From: Pecten maximus
Lineage: Eukaryota
DNA: 64,000 nucleotides
NCBI RefSeq assembly: GCF_902652985.1
Contig: NC_047016.1
Location: forward strand, 24,180,001 to 24,244,000
Direction of reading: 5' to 3'
Made by a program: the position numbers and the translations under genes. How positions within the stretch are numbered: the stretch's first letter is position 1; each line of letters begins with the position of its first letter. Shown here piece after piece: positions 13,640 through 25,608 of this stretch. The notes beneath the pieces were generated by a model. That model worked only from the letters and a program-made list of their open reading frames with translations, was not told where the DNA came from and searched no databases.

Positions 13640-14120
13640 ATATATCTAATATTGTCAGATCTCAAAGCATTTGTCTGTTTTACGAAAGTTGAAATTTACT
13701 ATTAAAAAAGAAATTTTGTCTAAATTACATATTGTATTCATTAGACCTATTTTAGAATATGCTTGTGAAGTGTGGGATGGTTGTACCATTGTAGATATTG
13801 ATAAGATAGAAAAACTACAACTGGAAGCGGCCAGAATAGTAACATGTTTGTCTTTATTTGCTAGTAGACAGTCCTTGTATGATGAAACTGGTTGGGGATA
13901 AACTCGAAGACAGACGAAAACAGAAAAAGTTATTGTTGTACAAAATGCATAATAAGCTAGCTCCTTCTTATTTAAATGACATTTTACCCAAACAGAGTAA
14001 ATGACAATAGTAGATATAATCTAAGAAATGGCCAAGATTTTGTACTACCCAAGTGTTGATATGTATTGTATGAAATTTTTTTTATGTCCAGTACTCTGAA
14101 AATGTGGAATTCGCTAGATA
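13640..14120 (+). mobile_element. CR1/L2-group LINE 3' fragment (RT C-terminus) just upstream of MGST1-B
   Basis: ORF 13671-13901: LRKLKF...FIRPILEYACEVWDGC...IEKLQLEAARIVT...LYDETGW. It is followed by frameshifted RR..KL..LYKMHNKLAPSYL and RYNLRN-like sequence. Confidence 0.8.
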
Positions 14121-17100
14121 TATCCACAAGCTAACGCACATTATGTTGTTTGCTTGCAAAGCTCTGGCATTCAAATAGATCATAAATACCATACAAAAAC
14201 AGTTCAACGCTTAAGTATCTCATTTCAAATGAACACGGAAGTATAAACACGAGACAAGGTCCAGTGTCCTGCCTGTATGGGCTCTCGTACAATACTATTG
14301 ACACAAGTTTTTAAAGCCTGAACAACCTATGGAACTGAAGGACGTATAAATACATCATTCTTCAATAAATAAAAAAATAGGTTTCCCTCCTAACACGCAT
14401 GTCCGCCATATTATCGCCGGGTAAAGGAAAACATAGTGTCTGGCACAAATAACTTGAATGTTTATACATCTATCTTCAACGATGGAATGTGAATGTATAG
14501 GTTTATATGTTCATACTTAATACAATAAACTGCAAAATGTGACTTCGGGGATTGTCATGTATAATATGTATATAACTTATATAATACTCTAAACATGTAT
14601 AGATCTCTATAAAGAGTGACATATAAGAACAGATTAATAATGCTTTTCTGTACAAATATTATATAATGACCTGTGAAAGGCAAGTCGGTTTTATGCATAA
14701 TATGTGTTTTTTAGTATCTCGTAAGTCTGATAAGGCTGGACATTTTAATGTATTATATGTAGGTGATTTATGTACTTTTATGTATTTAAAATGTGTGACA
14801 CTTAAATGAAATATATCTGATCTTATTCAACATAGCCACGGTAACAGTCTTTATCGTAACCAGAGTTCACTGTATATTGCCATTGTAGTTAATTAGCCAG
14901 ACGATCACTATTCCAACAGCAAGTCGGGTGGTGAAGTGGTAACTCACTTGCCTTTGAACTAATCTAAATGTAATGGTTATGGAGTTTTTTCAGGTCCCAA
15001 TACTGCAAAAACATTTTATCTGGTCCAATACTACGAGCCAATTCCATGTGTATGGGTAAAGGAACTACTGCAGAACCATTTCCATAGGTTATGAAATGAT
15101 ATAATTCAAACTAGGTCTGTAGATGTAACAATTCAAGCAAAGATAGTGATAATTGCCTTTAATTTGTTACGATAATTGTTGATTTTACAGGAACTGTGTA
15201 CATGTAGCTCAATTGCTCCTATTACTCCATTGCCCCATCCTGTTTTCCAAGGAAAAAAACATGTTCTCTATTTCACTTCCAGTCCAGATACAGCTCCGTG
15301 ATATTGTAATGCTCTCTGGTTTGTTAATGGTATCATTTAATACCTATTGGCCATACCTGAAAATCTTTAGTGAAATATTGAGGAATACCGAAAAGCTTTG
15401 TCTACAGATAATAAAAGTCCTTATTTAATACATTGTGTTGTACTTTTTGTTTTATATTTTGTTCTCGTTCTGTTGTCTGTACACAGTCACTGCTGAAAGG
15501 GTCTGTTGTTGTCAGCACTATGTGGGCTCACTGAAGTCTCTGGTTTACTTTAATGATAACTCACATTTCGCCCCAACTATCTTTCTTTATTTCGATCAGT
15601 TTAGAAAATCTAACACACAGCCTACGGAGGCGGTTAATGAAAAGTTGTAATTTAGAAACTGTGAGGTTTTTTTTATCTAGAAACAACTGGTTGACCAGAT
15701 AGTACGTTAAATAATGGGTACTTGATGAGTAAAGTTTATACCTACACTGTACTTAAATATAATATGTCAATCCGAAGGTTTACCTGTATCAGGAAATGGG
15801 TCAATATCGATATACCTCCCCAGCGTTGTAACAATCCTATGCTATTTATGCAAAGGATATAATAACAATCTATCTGTTCAGATTCAGATTCTTTTAAAAT
15901 TAATTTCTTGTTTTATAAGACACCTCGGATAGTAGACACATACATATACAATAATAAAATAAAACAGATAGTGTTGTTCAATCATACCATTGTATCAATC
16001 AATAAGGTACAGATATACATATCTTTCTGCAGAAGGATGCATTGCATGATATATCATTACATAATTCCAGAATGCAATGCATTTACTTAAATAATATAAT
16101 TCATATAAAATGATAATTATCACAGTGTGTATGCACTGATACTATATATTCAATTCAGAACAAGTCATAAGAAATGCATCATACATATCCTCGTTATACA
16201 TATTGTATCATATTAGCTTAGTAATGACTAATGATACTTTAAGTTATATACATGTCTTTAGACTTATATAGGATTAAAATGAAAGTACAGATCTGGTGTA
16301 TTTGTTTTAACGTATCTTAAGGCAAAACTATATTTAATTACTTCGGCGATTGAAACACAAAGACATGTATTTTCTTATTGAATTCTCCAATATTCCGGAT
16401 AAACATATATCAATTTAAGAAGACTGGGACGTCTGTGATAATATGGCTTAATATACCTTTGCCTTAAATCAGCATAATAGTTGCATCTCAGTAGAAAATG
16501 AAATTCATCCTCAATGCCATTAGCATTACATACTTCACATAACCTATGATCTATCTGACGTTTTCTATACCTTCCTTGTTCAATATATGAATAAGTCTCT
16601 CAATGTCTCTCAATGGATCAATATCAAACATAAAATATTTGTTCCTGTTGTCAAATATGTACCGGTCTTCTCAAATATATTTATAGCACAATGACAATGG
16701 CTTGTAATTATAACGGTGACCATTACATATGCTGTTTATCTACTCAACTGTCTCCACAGCCATGGGCGATAGAACGTTCATAAGTGTAATTATCTCATGT
16801 AAATCTATACACTATTTGAACCAAATGTGCCCATATTCAGACGTCTACCTACAATAAGAGGCCAGGAAGTGGCGCCCGTTTTTATTGATACAGGAGCGTA
16901 TGATACGAGCGTGTTTTAGTCCCTTATGGCCCCTATATAACAAACATTCGATACTGTTGCTATTTCAAAGATAACATTTCTTATTATCGTATTATTGACA
17001 TAATGATGTCTAAGTTATAAATTATGACATTTGTGTTTGGTTTTTATACTCGACCAACATCGCTTGCTTACTTTAAACAAAAGTAGCCAACGTGGCTGTT

Positions 17101-19549
17101 GTTGATAAATTTTATTGTCATTTTTACAACGTGTAATTTGAAATAGCACAACATAATTGGGCAAGTCTGTCGAAACCATTTTCAGTAAAAACCTGATATC
17201 GTACAGTTTTGTCTGAAGAGTAAAAAAGCGCTCCACAACTCTAAACATCAACGGAATGCCCACACACTTCGGTATCTAAACATATTAACACAATAAGGAA
17301 TATCTGCTCTAATGATGGTGGACCCCCTTCCCTCCAAAAAAGAAAGAAAGAAAAAAAATAATAACAATTTAAAAAAACAAAACAAAAAAACAAAAAACAA
17401 ACAAACAAAAAACCCCAGAAAAACTTGATTTATCGTTATGATATATAGACGTTCGATGTGACAGACGCTAAAATAAGATAACCGCTGAAATGTGTACATT
17501 AACAGTAACTGACGAGTATTTGAAGGGGCGTGTTATGGTGTTAATTTCTGTACAAATATATAGAGTAACAGGTAAAATGCATGTATACACATTGTTCAAA
17601 TAGCAGGATTTGTCGTTTTTAGTATTCAGGCAAAAATGGTCAGCATGATTTCTACTTACAAAGAATGCTATAATAGTTTAACTAATCAATTCCAAACTTA
17701 CCTGTTGTGGACATTTTCTAACCTTGTTTTGTGCTATCTTTATAGGCAAGATAAAAACATGATACATTGTATTCAAGTTTATAATTCCTATGTTGATGAC
17801 ACCTATTCATACATTTTAACACGTGATACCAGTAGTCCTCCAAGTGAATTTTCATTTGTTAAAGCTAGTTTATACGCAGAGAATGTCACATACATTCCAT
17901 GTAAGGAAGCGATCTTTGATTCAACGGTATTGTTCCAAATAAATGTAAAAAGATTAATTTCAATCGCCCGTAGATTCAATTTAATATACTTTTCTCATAA
18001 AATAGCATCTTAAACGTTCATCAAAAATTGAAATTTTCCGTCGGATACAACTGCTATTAATTATATCATCTATGGGTACTAAGTCATTCGGTCGACATCG
18101 TTCGTGAATTTCCGTGATTGTCTCGCAGGAAGACCTGGACGATTTAACATTGATAGCCTACCTAATGGGTATCATACCCAATCGTTAATATGTTTAAATA
18201 TATGATTATATGTATCTTGGATTTGATGCTATTTATCAATTAAATACACCTTTTTGATTATCACAATACGAATGTTCGCTGTCAATTGCTTTGAAGCGCT
18301 AGATAACTAGAAAAAAAGAGGATTACGATACGTTGAAAATGATTACCATACCTAAAATGAAGTCATACTTCAATGAAGTCAGGGTATTATCCTGACATAT
18401 TGGTGCCTAATTGTGTATTAAATCCGAGCTCTGAATTACTAGATCCTCCTATATGTCGTACCCTTTGTTATAGATGAACCTAACACTAGTTTACACCATT
18501 GAGTCGCGTGTAGGTCAGTCTAGTCACCCCCCGATATCCGTTATCGACCCACCCAGGTATTGTTTCAGATTGATCCACAGTCTTATATTGGGACCAAAAA
18601 GCTCCCAAGCGGATATTAACCGGTGGTTTAACACGGCGGGCACAGGCCGACGTATGTTAAAAGGCATGCAGAGATACCGTCTTATGTTAACGTTCAAAAA
18701 AAGATTTAAGTAACTGGTCCAAAATTTGTATTTAAATATCAACAATAGAAAGAGATTGAGTCGATAATCCGCGTCAATACTGAGGTATTTCGGCCGTATA
18801 ACAAATCAATATATATATGTTTATTTTAACTGCGTTTGAAACAAATATCATATCATAGGAAACGCTCATTACTGAGGGAAAATTAATCTAAGTTAATTAA
18901 GTATATTCCAGATGTAATGATGTTTCACAGGTGGAAGAGGATAATACATGTTGACGGAATAACTGGTGAGTTACCGATAACTAACTGCACTTAGCAACTG
19001 CATGCCTATTGTTGTATGTTTTATTATGTTGATTCTGTTGTTTCTAAAGGTTTGTATTTTGTTTTTGCCATGTTTTAGAATAAATAAATGAATTGATAAA
19101 TGAACTATCAAAAGGGTAAACAAATATATAACTCGCGTCAGTAGAGCTGACTATTCACATAGCTTTTATTACTCACGTACTTAGTAGAAAATAGATTAAA
19201 CAGATTCTGAGTAATTACCTAATACATTTACACTCTGTAAAACCCAAAAGGAATTTTAAACATTATATTTGTTATAAAGGTACTGCCACTCTTTTTCTAC
19301 GATTTTATGTAGTGCCTTAGTGATGAATTGACGATAGTAATACCAGTGTTATGATCAAACATGGAGATAAAGGATTCGATATACAATGCACATATCTTAT
19401 TTCAAGTATTTTACTTCTGTATGTGTGGTCTTGACGCTTTTCTAATTTGGAAGGGTAAATAGTTACTTAATTGAGACAGTCTGGGGTGTGTACCTAATTA
19501 TGGAACATTGTAGATGAAGATTGTTTTAATGGAGGAACTTGGGTATGTA

Positions 19550-21420
19550 AAGTTACGCATTGAAGAATTTAGGTTTGAAAAATTATTTATTGAAGAGAGT
19601 TCGATTAAAAGAGTTCTTATTGGAAAACATTATACAGATAGAGTTATTTAGAGAAAGTCAGTTAGAATATATTTATTGAATAATGTTAGATTTGCAGAGT
19701 TACATAAACTTATTCGGGAATGTTCGGTTTGTAGTGACCTATTCACAAACGTTCTTGTAGGTAAAATAACTTATTCACGAATGCTAGGCTTGTATAGCTA
19801 CTTATTCACGAATGTTCAGAAAGGTAAAGAAGCTTTTTTTTTTTTTTAAATATTAAGTTTATAGAATAACTTATTCGTTAATATCAGTCTTTAATAGTTA
19901 CTTCTTGGTGAATGGTAGGATAGGCAATGTGTATTCGAGAATGTTAGACTTGTAGAGTAACTTATTCGTCAATGTTAACATAGGTAATGTGACTTATTCG
20001 GGAATGTTAGGATAGGTAAAGTAACTTATTCGAGAATTTAAGGATAGGTAAAATAACTTATTCGTTAATGTTAACATAGGTAATGTGACTTATTCGGGAA
20101 TGTTAGGATAGGTAAAGTAACTTATTCGAGAATTTAAGGATATGTAAAATAACTTATTCGTCAATGTTAACAAAGGTAATGTGACTTATTCGAAAAGTTA
20201 GAATTGTAGAGTAACTTATTCGTTAATGTTAAGTGACTTTTTGGTGAAAGTTGGGTTTTGTTTAATTACTAATTTGAGAATGTAAGGTTTGGATAGTATC
20301 ATTGTAGATAAATTCAGGCTTATAGAGAGCTAATTATACAGGAATATTGGATTTGTTCAGCAACGTATCCTGGAATATTAGGTTTGGAGAGTTACTTATT
20401 AAGGAATATTAGGTTTGGAGAGTCACTTATTAAGGAATATTAGGTTAGTAGAGTCACTTATTAAGGAATTTTAGGTTTGTAGAGTCACTTATTAAGGAAT
20501 TTTAGGTTTGTAGAGTCACTTATTAAGGAATATTAGGTTAGTAGAGTCACTTATTAAGGAATATTAGGTTAGTAGAGTCACTTATTAAGGAATTTTAGGT
20601 TTGTAGAGTCACTTATTAAGGAATTTTAGGTTTGTAGAGTCACTTATTAAGGAATATTAGGTTAGTAGAGTCACTTATTAAGGAATTTTAGGTTAGTAGA
20701 GTCACTTATTAAGGAATTTTAGGTTTGGAGAGTCACTTCTTAAGGGATATTAGTTTTGTAGAGTCACTTATTAAGGAATATTAGGTTTGTAGAGTCACTT
20801 ATTAAGGAATATTATGTTTGGAGAGTCACTTATTAAGGAGTATAAGGTTTGCATAGTCACTTATTAAGGAATATTAGGTTTGTAGAGTCACTTATTAAGG
20901 AATATTAGGTTTGGTGAGTCACTTATTAAGGAATATTAGGTTTGTATAGTCACTTAAGGAATTTTAGGTTTGTAGAGTCACTTATTAAGGAATATTAGGT
21001 TTGTAGAGTCACTTATTAAGGAATTTTAGGTTTGGAGAGTCACTTATTAAGGAGTATTAGGTTTTTAGAGTCACTTATTAAGGGATATTAGTTTTGTAGA
21101 GTCACTTAATGAGGAATATTAGGTTTGTAGAGTCACTTATTAAGGAATATTAGGTTGGGAGAGTCACTTATTAAGGAATATTAGGTTTGGAGAGTCACTT
21201 ATTAAGGAATATTAGGTTTGGAGAGTCACTTATTAAGGAATATTAGGTTTGGAGAGTCACTTATTAAGGAATATTAGGTTTGGAGAGTCACTTATTAAGG
21301 AATATTAGGTTTGGAGAGATACTAGTTAAGGAAAATGAGGTTTTAGAGTCATTTTTAATTCTTTTTATTAGGTTTGGAGAGTCACTTATTAAAGAATATT
21401 AGGTTTGAAGAGTCACTTGT
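19550..21420. repeat. 31-bp satellite-like array (homogeneous 20375-21420, degenerate 19550-20375)
   Basis: Unit aaggaatattaggtttgtagagtcacttatt with a 31-nt period. Diverged acttattc..aatgttagg copies lie on the left. Confidence 0.9.
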
Positions 21421-22919
21421 TCTGGAAAGTTACAGGAATAGTTATAGTCTCTATAAATCAATAAATCAGTACACAATAATTACCCCGTGTAATATATTAT
21501 ACATAAAATAATGAAATAAAAAGAAACCACATTTAAAATAGTCTACTGTATTCCATTAAAACAAAGACTGACATTATACATTGTACCGCCGATATGTCAA
21601 TCATAAATGATCGGTGTGTATATTGGGTATATTACTGCTTGTAATACGAGTTATGATCGCTGTATCCGATCTGTCCTGTAGGACTGTGTATTGCACACGC
21701 CAGGTGATATACAGACGAAACACCTCCGTAAACATGTTACTAAACAGTGACTTGCAAAAACAAGTACTCCCAATAAAAACCGCCAATTTAAGAAAGTTTT
21801 ATCGCTGATAACAGAACTGTAGAATCATGTACAAACACATAACAAAAATGCGCTAATAAGGTAGAAAAAATAATTCTGTTAAAAAGAATGCATTCATATA
21901 CTTCAATGTTCAAAATGCCTATATAGATATGCTTAAGATTTATAGCACGTGCATAGGTTTCATTTATCATAGGAAAACGTGATATGATTAACTAAACGAC
22001 CTGCCAAACAAAGTGACAATTAATTATCATGTCCCCGGCTCAACGCATTGATAAAATATGTGCATGAAGTAATTAGTCTTTGTTAATACTACATACGTAT
22101 AATGTGTATCAATTCAAACAGTGCACTCGCACAATACACTTAATTAGTTTATTCACCAATTAATTACCTACCAAGGTCTTTTTATCTCGAGGTGTTATTT
22201 CCTGATAATTGGTGATATGTTAGAACACTAGACTTTAATATTTAGACATACCAACAAAGAGTGTCCTTCTAGAATGGGAACATCTTGTAGACGATTATAC
22301 GGAATGTCACCACACTAGCGACGCCTTGGTAAACCTATTCGAGTCCATCTAAACGTTTCGTAACATTTAGTGGTACCTCGGACATCCGTGTCCGGTGAAA
22401 AAACGTGATATCACTTGTGGAGATATGCAAACTTACATAAAACCCCAAATATATGAAAAGAAAAGAAATCAAGTTGTTGCTTAGAAAAAGCCATACCATC
22501 CAGTCGCAACAAAGTTTTGGATTACAAAAGAAATATTGTTTGATCTAAAATTGGCTGAAAATATCTCTATCTTCATATGTAGCATGCAAATAAACCAGCC
22601 ACACTTATTTATAGGCTTGTTTAAGTTTTCATATTTGGTGTGAAATGCATTGCTTAATTTGAAAACCTCAACGGATGACATTAGACATTAGTCTCTGGAT
22701 TGAACATAATATATAAGTCTTTATATTGAATATAACAAATTAAATGTTAGTCTATATATTGAATATTACAAATTATTACTGAATATTGCTTATAATATAT
22801 TATTCTCCATTTTGAAAATTACTAATTGCATATAAATAATCTTATCAAGCCACCTTAATATTTCGTTCTCGACAGCGTAGGATTGTGACATAACTGGGAC
22901 GGAAGCAGTTTGAAGGATC

Positions 22920-25608
22920 ATGCTGGAAGATGAGGATGATGATGTCATTATCGAGGAAGTGGAGGGCGCTGATGGTACGCCCACCCGACCCCTAACGCTT
23001 GGAGACTTCATCACCGGAGTTCTCAATGAAAAGATATCTATAGGGGAACTCGAGAGCCGGCGGGAAAACTCGTTTGGGATAGCCATGGGCCTCGCCGCCA
23101 GGGTTGTAAACACTGCCTACGGGATTCATCCTTTGTATCCTAAGTACATCTCAACACGAGGAGGCAAGCCCGAACTGGAAAATCTTCGAGCAATCGATGT
23201 CAACAAATTCCAATGCTTTATACCTATTAAGAGACCTGCAAAACCCGATACATTCACGGTGATTATGGCGATTTTGTTGTGACTTTCTATCAAACCTGTG
23301 TAACATGAAAATTTACAAAATGTAAAATATTTACAGAATCCCATTCATTGCCAACTAAATTGATGTTTTTTTTTCTACATGGCATAACAGGTATGACATT
23401 AAATCTCCTTCAATAACGTAACCTTCCCAATGACCATTTCGTACTCATTTGTGTATCATTTGGAAGTTAAAGATTTGATCTGGATCTTATTTTTCAGATG
23501 GTGTACAAAACTCCCAGTGAGTACCCTAACCATAGGATTCTTTTAAGTGTCAACGAGAGCCTGTTTTCTGTGGACAAAATGCAGATCTCCAAAGAGTGGG
23601 GTCATTGTGTGGACACAAACGGCTTTCTTAGACCGGATTTTATCCTTCACTGGTTCAATGACGGTATGTATTGCGTATCAATGTTTCAGTGGTATGTTTC
23701 TATGTGATCAGTCGCAGTTTTTGACATGAGAGGATCTGTATGATTATTAAGGATTTTACATTCTTGAAACAGCTAAGGACATATACAGTCAGTGCTGTTA
23801 GATATAGGGCCACTGACGGACGTTTTGTTCCGTCATCGAACTGAAACGTCGTGTCTCCAAACGGTGACACGACAACAATCGGGTCACATTATATTGTCAA
23901 CGGCGACACAGTATTTTACAACCAACTCATTTCAATGCAAAATGTTTTAAGTGAAAATGGAGACGTCCTCTAATCTTGATTTCTGTCTGCAGGTCTCGCA
24001 GCAGCTGTAGACTTTCTAAGAGAAGCCCGACCCCATAAAGCCAAGAAACACCACACCATGGATATAACACATTCTGCTAAAAAAGACGGAACCTTCTTGG
24101 TCAACTTCTACACAAACCAGTCCATCCAACCACATCTCTTCTTCACCCTCAACATCGTCCCCTGTATTCAAATCGCAGAAGTCCCCAAACAAAGTCGTCT
24201 GCAAGTTCCTATAGCGAGCAGACGACCGTACTACGAATTCCACACAGACTTCAAAAAGCAAATCAAGGACACACTGACACAGGGAGAGAAAATGTTTTAT
24301 CTTGAGGCCACCGTGATGCCATGGACGAACAGTTGTGGATATGATGGCAGTATTGTCTGCTCTTGGGGTCTCAACATAGGCTGTTTAGAGGACAGGGCTC
24401 TTCATTACATATGCCAGATGGCAACTGGGAAGTTTTTCAGAGACGTCATTATGTTGATTGAGAGAATCAAAGACACGCATGCAGTTTGCCTGCATACGCT
24501 TACGAATCGTATCATACAAAATGCCATTTTTTATCAGCACAAGAAAAGTATGGGGGTGGTGAAGTCGCGGTCACGTTGGTTCATTAAAGTGATGGAACGC
24601 ATCTCGTCCCACATGAAGTCAGGGGTATTCCCGGCGTTCTTCCAGAGTAAATACAATTTGCTGTGCGATTTCAAGCCAGATGTTCTGTCCGGCACGGCTG
24701 CAGAATTGGACAACATGCTTGAAAGCTTGAACGATATCCCAGAGAATATATATGTATACACTGGTCTGGAAAGTGAATTGGAAGAAATCGACGAAACCAA
24801 ACCGTACAGAGATGATCCACCTAAGGTAAAAACTGTAGAGGAACAAACACACGCGTCAAGAGGGGAGGTCGAGGAGGATTCGTTGTTTGATAGGACAATA
24901 ACGACTATGATGAGTGAAACGACAGATCGTTCATACGATGACACGTTCTGTGATGAAAGCGACGATGAACCAATTTTCATCACCGGGCCAGTGAGATACG
25001 GGTATAAAAGGCACGAAATACGCCCAGAGTCGAAGATGTCGGGGCAAACGAACTCCCGTTCCTCATCAAAAATGTCGGGCAAAGTGTCGGCTAGTAAAGG
25101 ATCTACGAATTCTAGCTCGTTATCCAGCAAGTTTGGACAGTCAGCAAGATCAGTGGATAAGGTTTCGGTAAACGGTTCAATCAAGTCAATCGATACTACT
25201 TCAAGAAATGGTTCCATCAGATCCTCTGATGTTGTGTCTGGGAAACTGTCCAACAAACCATTTTCGAGATTATCACGGAATAGTTCATTATTATCAATAG
25301 CTACTGTGAGTTCCGCATCTAACGTGTCTGTCAATGGATTGAACTGTTCAGTCGGTAAAGCTTCCGAAAATATCTCTAAAGGTTCAGTAGGGAAGGTTTC
25401 TGGGCCTGAATCGTTAAATACGACATCAAAAAGCGCTGGACACGTACACAGTTCTACCCCTTCACAATCCAAAACGTCGCTTCAGTCCTCAACTCATTCT
25501 TTAAACACGGTCCCAAGGCCGGCCGTAACTCTCCCGTCACTAAAAGGTCCCGGGGAGACCAAACAAGACATCGTATCCAGAAATCTGTCGCCAATTTCAA
25601 AGAAATAA
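22920..25608 (+). CDS. Mab-21 / cGAS-like receptor (cGLR) family protein, 706 aa, apparently catalytically degenerate, with a Ser-rich C-terminal tail
   Basis: Exons 22920-23258, 23498-23663 and 23993-25608 (339+166+1616=2121 nt), GT-AG, intron phases 0 and 1, with an in-frame TGA upstream of the ATG. Mab-21-fold motifs occur in order: ENLRAIDVNKFQCFI, GFLRP..ILHWF, TLNIVPCI, SWGLNIGCLED, RDVIMLIERIKD, LTNRIIQNAIFY, FPAFFQSKYNLL. Confidence 0.8.

Noticed and set aside
24534-25472. 312-aa antisense ORF
   Set aside because: It is a shadow of the low-complexity Ser-rich sense exon and has no recognisable motif.
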